64,000 bases of DNA, from contig CACYKP010000002.1 of the NCBI GenBank assembly GCA_902775025.1, forward strand, positions 15,558 to 79,557, read 5' to 3'. Within the stretch, counting starts at the first letter, position 1. Each line of letters opens with the position of its first letter. Made by a program: the position numbers and the translations under genes. Of the stretch, positions 58,852-64,000 are shown piece by piece. Under the pieces are notes generated by a model that was given only the letters and a program-made list of their open reading frames with translations, searched no databases and had not been told where the DNA came from. Source of the stretch: an uncultured bacterium. Lineage in GTDB: Bacteria > Cyanobacteriota > Vampirovibrionia > Gastranaerophilales > Gastranaerophilaceae.

Positions 58852-58885
58852 AAAAAGCAAGGTTTGAAAACAAACCTTGCTTTTT
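58852..58885. terminator. Bidirectional terminator separating tail genes from terL
   Basis: AAAAAGCAAGGTTTG-AAAA-CAAACCTTGCTTTTT. Confidence 0.8.
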
Positions 58886-58892
58886 ATATCCC

Positions 58893-59351
58893 CTACGCCC
58901 ACTTACAAAATATTGTCTGAAAGCACGCTACTGAATTTTTCATCAAAAACCTTTTAAATCTGTTTACTCCGCTTGTTTCCAGAAGCGTGTTAAAAACAAC
59001 AGTAGAAAAACTTCTGTCGTTATCAATATATTCGTGATGCTCACACAAGATATCGTGGATTAATGCAGGAATTAAAAACCTGTTATCAGTATTAGCACCT
59101 ATAATACGCCAAAAAATACGTGGAATAGATGCCCCGTCATAACAGTATCCTTTTGGAATAGAAAATTCATACTGCTTATTTTTTCTGTAGTCGTTCAATT
59201 GGACTTTCAATTCTTTTTTACAAATAAAAGGGTATTTTTCAATAGATTTTTTTTCATCTTTTGTCATAGAAGGAATATAATATCTTATTCCGACGGAGGG
59301 ATTTTCGTTGAAGAAAATTCCGACATTTTTATTTTTACACCAGCAAATCAT
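58893..59351 (-). CDS. DUF1353-family phage protein
   Basis: IPKGYCYDGASIPRIFW...ALIHDILC; start 59351 with GGAGG SD. Confidence 0.85.
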   Translation of the reverse strand: MICWCKNKNVGIFFNENPSVGIRYYIPSMTKDEKKSIEKYPFICKKELKVQLNDYRKNKQYEFSIPKGYCYDGASIPRIFWRIIGANTDNRFLIPALIHDILCEHHEYIDNDRSFSTVVFNTLLETSGVNRFKRFLMKNSVACFQTIFCKWA

Positions 59352-59352
59352 T

Positions 59353-59817
59353 TTATTCCTCCGATATTCCGTTTGCAGGTAATTCTTTATTTTCAAACAG
59401 GTAATCCATGTCATCAGATGTGTAGCCTAAAAGCAATCCAATCATATCGACTGTTCTGTTTCCGTCTTTATCAGTTGCCCCTCTGTAGAAGTTGTTTGCT
59501 CTAAATTCTATTGCTAAAGCTTTCAAATCAATTTGAGGTGCTTGTTGTGCAATTAAATTTTTGAGGTCATCAAAGTCCATTCCCAAACCGTAATACAATG
59601 CTCTTTCAACATCTGAAGGAGTAAGGGTTAAGCTATCAAGTCTTTGACGTTCTTTTACTTCTATTTCTTCAGGTGTAAGGTATTCACCATTATATAACTG
59701 ATAATCAATATCAGTTTCTTCAATAGAAGTATAAACCATAAATTTAAGAGCTTGTTCAAGTTCTTCTCTTGTATCTTTTGCTAATATTATTAAATTATTA
59801 TTCTTTGCTATAAACAT
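59353..59817 (-). CDS. Putative tail-fibre assembly/chaperone-like protein
   Basis: Directly downstream of and overlapping the fibre gene; YQLYNGEYLTPEE..E pattern. Confidence 0.45.
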   Translation of the reverse strand: MFIAKNNNLIILAKDTREELEQALKFMVYTSIEETDIDYQLYNGEYLTPEEIEVKERQRLDSLTLTPSDVERALYYGLGMDFDDLKNLIAQQAPQIDLKALAIEFRANNFYRGATDKDGNRTVDMIGLLLGYTSDDMDYLFENKELPANGISEE

Positions 59818-60986
59818 TATGATACCTCACTTTCCGAACCTTTTGCATAGATAAATCTAAAAGCATTTAGCGTACCTGCTAAGGTATAGTTAATTTGGAT
59901 AACATCATTTTTAAAAACAGGTAATATGTCGGAATATGCACCTCCATTCCCAACATAAGCAGCATTAGAAGTCATTCCGTTTGTTGTGTTTATAATTTCT
60001 CCCCATTGAGCGTTTGCAGTTGCTTTTTTTGATATATAAAACCATCCATTTGCAGGGGCAGTATAAGTCGAACCACTTGCACCTAGAGTTAAATTAACAT
60101 AAGCATCACTAGGCATACCCATTCCACTCATAAGGATTTTTGCTTGGTTTGTTGTATTTGTTAAATCAATATCAGCCTTACCGTTTAAGTCGGTTGCGAT
60201 ATTATCTATATCAACCTGAATATCTGTCTTAACGCTAGTGCCAATTACAATATAGTAAAGAACTTTTATTGTCTGTGGCTGAACAGTTGTGGAGTTGCCA
60301 TAGATAGAGTTGCTATCGGAAGCATCGAAATTAACAGTTCCCCTAGTAGAGTATGTACCGTTACCGAAATCTTTCGTGTTAGATATTGTTGATTTCGAGA
60401 ATGCTTGAGTTGCTGATGAATATCGGCCAGCACTTGAAGAGGCAAGCCAATTTAATGTACCAGTTATATTAGGCAATCCTGCTTCAACCAAATCGCCTAA
60501 AGCAACTACATCAGTTGTACCCTCTATAATACCTGTTATTTTTGGTAGTCTTACTGTGTTATTAGTTGAATTGTAAACAAATTTACCACACACACCGTAT
60601 TGCGTTACTGCGCTTTGCCAATCACTTTCGGTTGTGAATAAGCTGGAGTATTGTGTTCTTAGCCCTGCAATATAAGTAACAAATGCACTATATACTCCGC
60701 TACCTGAAATTAACGTTCCATCAAGCAAGTGTAGCCCTGCATCAGTAAGAGGAATAGTTGAAGCAACTATCTCACCGATGTTACGAGATGATAAATCAAA
60801 GTCTATTGTTGTATTAGAGCTTTGGTTAGCAGAAAAACTTCCTTTTTGCTGTCCATTTTGAGTAAAAGATACAATCCCGTTACCGACAGACGGAATGTTT
60901 ATACTATTTACTGTATCAATTATTTCATTAATTTTATCAACCTCTGACAAAGGTTGTATATCATTAGTTAATTTATTTAATGTCAT
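59817..60986 (-). CDS. Phage tail fibre/collar-domain protein
   Basis: IGEIV..TIP...HLLDG, VRLPKI, EAGLPNITG, TVQPQTIKVLYYI and C-terminal YTAPANGW. Confidence 0.8.
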   Translation of the reverse strand: MTLNKLTNDIQPLSEVDKINEIIDTVNSINIPSVGNGIVSFTQNGQQKGSFSANQSSNTTIDFDLSSRNIGEIVASTIPLTDAGLHLLDGTLISGSGVYSAFVTYIAGLRTQYSSLFTTESDWQSAVTQYGVCGKFVYNSTNNTVRLPKITGIIEGTTDVVALGDLVEAGLPNITGTLNWLASSSAGRYSSATQAFSKSTISNTKDFGNGTYSTRGTVNFDASDSNSIYGNSTTVQPQTIKVLYYIVIGTSVKTDIQVDIDNIATDLNGKADIDLTNTTNQAKILMSGMGMPSDAYVNLTLGASGSTYTAPANGWFYISKKATANAQWGEIINTTNGMTSNAAYVGNGGAYSDILPVFKNDVIQINYTLAGTLNAFRFIYAKGSESEVS

Positions 60987-60988
60987 AT

Positions 60989-61312
60989 TCAGACTCCTAT
61001 AATTACTATTTTGTGCGAACCTGAAGATACCGTAGAACTTGATTTAAATTCTATTTTAACTTGATTTGCAGATAAAATATTAGTATTTTTTATTATTTCT
61101 TTTCCTGAAGAATTGTACAAACGGCAGGTGACATTTTGAGTTCCGAGGTTATGAGTAATATTCCAGGAACAGAGCCCGCTTTGAGGTGTTAAGGTCGAAC
61201 AAGATGCAGTATATTGCTTTAATCCTGTACGGTTTAACTGTTCTTCAAGATAGCTGAAATTTTGGTTAATTGTATTAAAAGCAGTATTTGCTTTATTAAT
61301 TGCTGTTGTCAT
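60989..61312 (-). CDS. Small phage structural-like protein
   Basis: ITHNLGTQNVTCRLY motif seen in tail-associated proteins. Confidence 0.55.
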   Translation of the reverse strand: MTTAINKANTAFNTINQNFSYLEEQLNRTGLKQYTASCSTLTPQSGLCSWNITHNLGTQNVTCRLYNSSGKEIIKNTNILSANQVKIEFKSSSTVSSGSHKIVIIGV

Positions 61313-61382
61313 AATATTTCTCCGATAATTTTGAATTAGGTAGTAGTTTTTTGGAATTAAGAATTGTTCCTATAGACTGATT

Positions 61383-61470
61383 CACCCCACCCTACCCCTC
61401 CCCATAAGGGGAGGGAATTCCTTCCCCTCACGGGGAAGTGAGTTTGCAGGTCAGACACAGCCTGACATAC
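61383..61470. repeat. C/G-rich palindrome followed by a degenerate REP
   Basis: CACCCCACCCTACCCCTCCCCATAAGGGGAGGG; then GCAGGTCAGACACAGCCTGACATAC. Confidence 0.65.
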
Positions 61471-61510
61471 AAACTATAGAATTATATGAGCGTAGCGAAT
61501 TAATTAATTA

Positions 61511-61541
<31 letters not shown>

Positions 61542-61553
61542 ATTCAATTACCT

Positions 61554-62324
61554 CTATGCACTTGTACCCAAAGGTGTAATTGTTGTATTAAAACAACTGT
61601 TTAGATATGCATCTACTTCTGTTTTTGTATAAGCATCAGTTATTCCGTATCCTGCAAGGGTTGTTGATTTGTCAGCTTTACCGTTTACTGCAGAAAAGAC
61701 TCCGCCTGATTTAACAGGATTGTTAGAATTTTCAGTAGGAATGTTGTCAAAAGTTAATGCATTTTGTTTTGCATTCCAATTAGATTTATCTGCTTCAGTA
61801 ACGTGGACAGTTGAATTTGCAATATGAGTATCATAAGATGATGTATCAATAAAACCCATCATAACATCCCATTTATAAGAACTTCCGCTTTGTACTACAT
61901 ACACGTTAGTGCCGGCAGGATATTTTTTCCCGCTTCCTTCAATAAAGCTTGATGTTGTAGTAAACGCATCTGTTACGTTATACAAATATCCGAGATTTGA
62001 AGCGGAAGGTGTAGGTAGAGATGCAAAAGCTATACTTCCAGATGGTGTTATAGCTGATGCTATTTCTGACTTTAGTGCATAATTCGAAGCATCTGATAGT
62101 TCTGCAACAGTTGTAGGAACGGATATGTTCACCGTAACAGGTGATGTAGCATTTGCGGTAAATGTTCCGACTGTTGTATTATTCTTTTTTATTGTTAATT
62201 GACCATTACCGATTGATGATGATAAAGCCCTTTTTTTAACTTCTGTATCTAAATAGCTAAAATTCTCATTTATTGTTTGTGCATCTGTTTGTGCTTTTGT
62301 TATTACTTCTTGTTGTGTTGCCAT
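61554..62324 (-). CDS. Tail-fibre-like protein
   Basis: GNGQLTIKKN..TVGTF.AN, VPTTVAELSD, HIANSTVH, KQNALTFD, TTLAGYGITDAYTKTEVD repeats. Confidence 0.72.
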   Translation of the reverse strand: MATQQEVITKAQTDAQTINENFSYLDTEVKKRALSSSIGNGQLTIKKNNTTVGTFTANATSPVTVNISVPTTVAELSDASNYALKSEIASAITPSGSIAFASLPTPSASNLGYLYNVTDAFTTTSSFIEGSGKKYPAGTNVYVVQSGSSYKWDVMMGFIDTSSYDTHIANSTVHVTEADKSNWNAKQNALTFDNIPTENSNNPVKSGGVFSAVNGKADKSTTLAGYGITDAYTKTEVDAYLNSCFNTTITPLGTSA

Positions 62325-62337
62325 AAATTTAATCTCC

Positions 62338-62883
62338 TTATTCTGTTATATTCATAATACTTACATCTAACATCGCATCTAAAATTTCTAAAGTGTTCAT
62401 AACATCACTTTCAGTTTCTACTATTACTTTTGAGCCTAAGACATATCCATTAAAGGATTCCGTTGAATAAATAACTGTTTTGGAATCTGTTATTGTCATA
62501 TCGGCATTAATAAGATGCTTGTTTTGCCAAGTTCCTTTGAAAACACCGGTTACGGCAAGCAAATTCTTAATTTCAAGCTTATATCTGGTATTATCAATTT
62601 TCCAGTCATTTTGCTTAAATTCAATCCAAGCCATACCAATTTGGCATTGGTCAGCAAGTTCTTTTATTTTTTGAGCGTAGTATTTTGACGAATAATCTAA
62701 GTTTTGAACTTTTCCGTCCATCTTGACTGCCCAATCTTTAGCGAGTTCTGTATAATAATCTGCACCGATAGAAGAATTTGCATCAATACTGTCATTCACC
62801 GATGTTGCTTCCGCAGAGCCGGAACTGCCTTTTGAGAAAATCTCTGCGGAAGTATTGAATTTAATCTTTTCTACTTCAGGCAT
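62338..62883 (-). CDS. Phage-associated hypothetical protein
   Basis: AKDWA.K...DYSSKYYA motif; co-oriented in the cluster. Confidence 0.6.
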   Translation of the reverse strand: MPEVEKIKFNTSAEIFSKGSSGSAEATSVNDSIDANSSIGADYYTELAKDWAVKMDGKVQNLDYSSKYYAQKIKELADQCQIGMAWIEFKQNDWKIDNTRYKLEIKNLLAVTGVFKGTWQNKHLINADMTITDSKTVIYSTESFNGYVLGSKVIVETESDVMNTLEILDAMLDVSIMNITE

Positions 62884-62885
62884 AA

Positions 62886-63257
62886 TTAAACTCCTTCAAC
62901 CTTTTTCGGGTAAACAGTTATGGTATTAATATCACCGATATTTCCTGATGCAAAAGTCAAAGTATCTTCAATATTGCTTTCTTCATCACAAATCTTGACA
63001 CCGTAAAAATACACAGCACATGATTCATCTTTAGGTACGGTTAAAAGATTAGTGAAATCACCTGTTAAGTAAAACAATACCTTTGAAGAAAAATTACTGT
63101 TAACAGAAAGTTCATTCCCTATTGGCTTTCTGTTAATATCCTGAACTGCAAAATATACGGTATAGTTTTTATCTGTAGGAATACCGCTTACTGTAAAAGT
63201 TCCGCTATCCCCCTGTACAAGAGAGATATCCGCATTTTTGTCAACTATAAAAGCCAT
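62886..63257 (-). CDS. BppU-N-like baseplate/tail protein
   Basis: LVQGDSGTF...YTVYFAV...LT...T..L...YFYGVKI pattern. Confidence 0.5.
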   Translation of the reverse strand: MAFIVDKNADISLVQGDSGTFTVSGIPTDKNYTVYFAVQDINRKPIGNELSVNSNFSSKVLFYLTGDFTNLLTVPKDESCAVYFYGVKICDEESNIEDTLTFASGNIGDINTITVYPKKVEGV

Positions 63258-63266
63258 TTTTCCTCC

Positions 63267-63734
63267 TTATATTCCAAAATCGCTAACTGTTTGCATAAGA
63301 CATTCCTGAACAAAATCAGGAGTTGCAGTTTTTCTTTCTTGTAAAGACACCATATAATTTTCAGTTAATTCCTGATAAAAATCCGGTAATTTGTATGTAA
63401 TTATTTCAACATTCTGTCCTAATTCAATTCCTGCTTTGATAGGGATTAACAAATCAGAGAGAAAATCTCGTGTTGAACCGTCTTTCATGTTTACTTTTCT
63501 TCTTATAAAACCTAAAGAAGTGGAGAAAAAATCTTTTTCAAACTGTTCCTGCCTTCTTTTCGCCAAAACATCATCAAGATTGGGTATTAACTCTATTTCA
63601 CCGTTTTTGACCGTATAATTATCACGATTTTTTTCAAATTCAGCCATTGTGCACAAATCTGTGTACATACATTTTTCTGAATACTTATAATCAGCACAAT
63701 CATAAATTTGCTCGTCTTTTATTCTGTAAAACAT
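63267..63734 (-). CDS. Putative tail-fibre chaperone-like protein
   Basis: Immediately downstream of a fibre C-terminus, the same arrangement as 59353. Confidence 0.45.
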   Translation of the reverse strand: MFYRIKDEQIYDCADYKYSEKCMYTDLCTMAEFEKNRDNYTVKNGEIELIPNLDDVLAKRRQEQFEKDFFSTSLGFIRRKVNMKDGSTRDFLSDLLIPIKAGIELGQNVEIITYKLPDFYQELTENYMVSLQERKTATPDFVQECLMQTVSDFGI

Positions 63735-63736
63735 AA

Positions 63737-64000
63737 CTAATTATCTCCTTTCATAGGATAAAAATAATACGCTCCCATTTTCCTGCTTACTGAAACGACA
63801 TCTCCTTCACAAACCCTAAAAAGCGAACCTGAATAAACCGATTTTCCGCCTGAATAACCGCAATGTCCATGCACAACTTTTCCGTTTACATAAACGTATT
63901 GAGTACTATCTACACCGTCAATACCGGCATATACATACCCGTTTGCCCCTACGGTATATGGCATTGTTATTGAAATTCCTTTAGAATAATCAGGAGCGTT
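63737..64000 (-). CDS. C-terminal end of a tail-fibre-like protein (starts off window)
   Basis: Frame stays open beyond 63964: NAPDYSKGISITMPYTVGANGYVY..., similar to the TYTAPANGW C-terminus of 59817. Confidence 0.6.
   Translation of the reverse strand, partial: NAPDYSKGISITMPYTVGANGYVYAGIDGVDSTQYVYVNGKVVHGHCGYSGGKSVYSGSLFRVCEGDVVSVSRKMGAYYFYPMKGDN

Overview
AT-rich bacterial chromosome segment, most consistent with Ca. Melainabacteria/Vampirovibrionia (Gastranaerophilales-like, non-photosynthetic Cyanobacteriota). This is an inference from sepF, a DUF1822-like protein, kdsA, flagellar genes and a fermentative CoA-dehydratase activator, with no photosynthesis genes. Housekeeping genes: priA, fliJ-fliK-flgD-flgE, yggS-sepF, rlmH, yebC-ybaB-recR, an isolated rpsH-rplF-rplR operon, kdsA, aroA, ychF, rnpA, flagellin, proS and pnp. 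Many lineage-specific ORFs share an N/S-rich N-terminus ending in an F-x-(G/A)-like motif. From 56.7 kb to the window end lies a phage-derived cluster (PBSX-type TerL, DUF1353, tail-fibre/baseplate-like genes) in non-canonical order and colonised by host repeats. Best candidates for undescribed biology: (1) a three-gene operon of a DUF1822/anti-sigma/TM/TonB-C protein, an ECF-like sigma with sigma2 and sigma4 separated by about 400 acidic residues, and a zinc-ribbon STAND-TPR protein lacking the usual cyclase; (2) a dispersed, domesticated phage/GTA-like system including a CI-like switch embedded between aroA and ychF; (3) an ArdC-N-Pif1-RQC helicase fusion; (4) a 625-bp foldback element with compensatory hairpin changes upstream of terL. 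No rRNA, tRNA, CRISPR array, integrase, transposase or reverse transcriptase was recognised. All family assignments are by-eye motif recognition; no searches were run.
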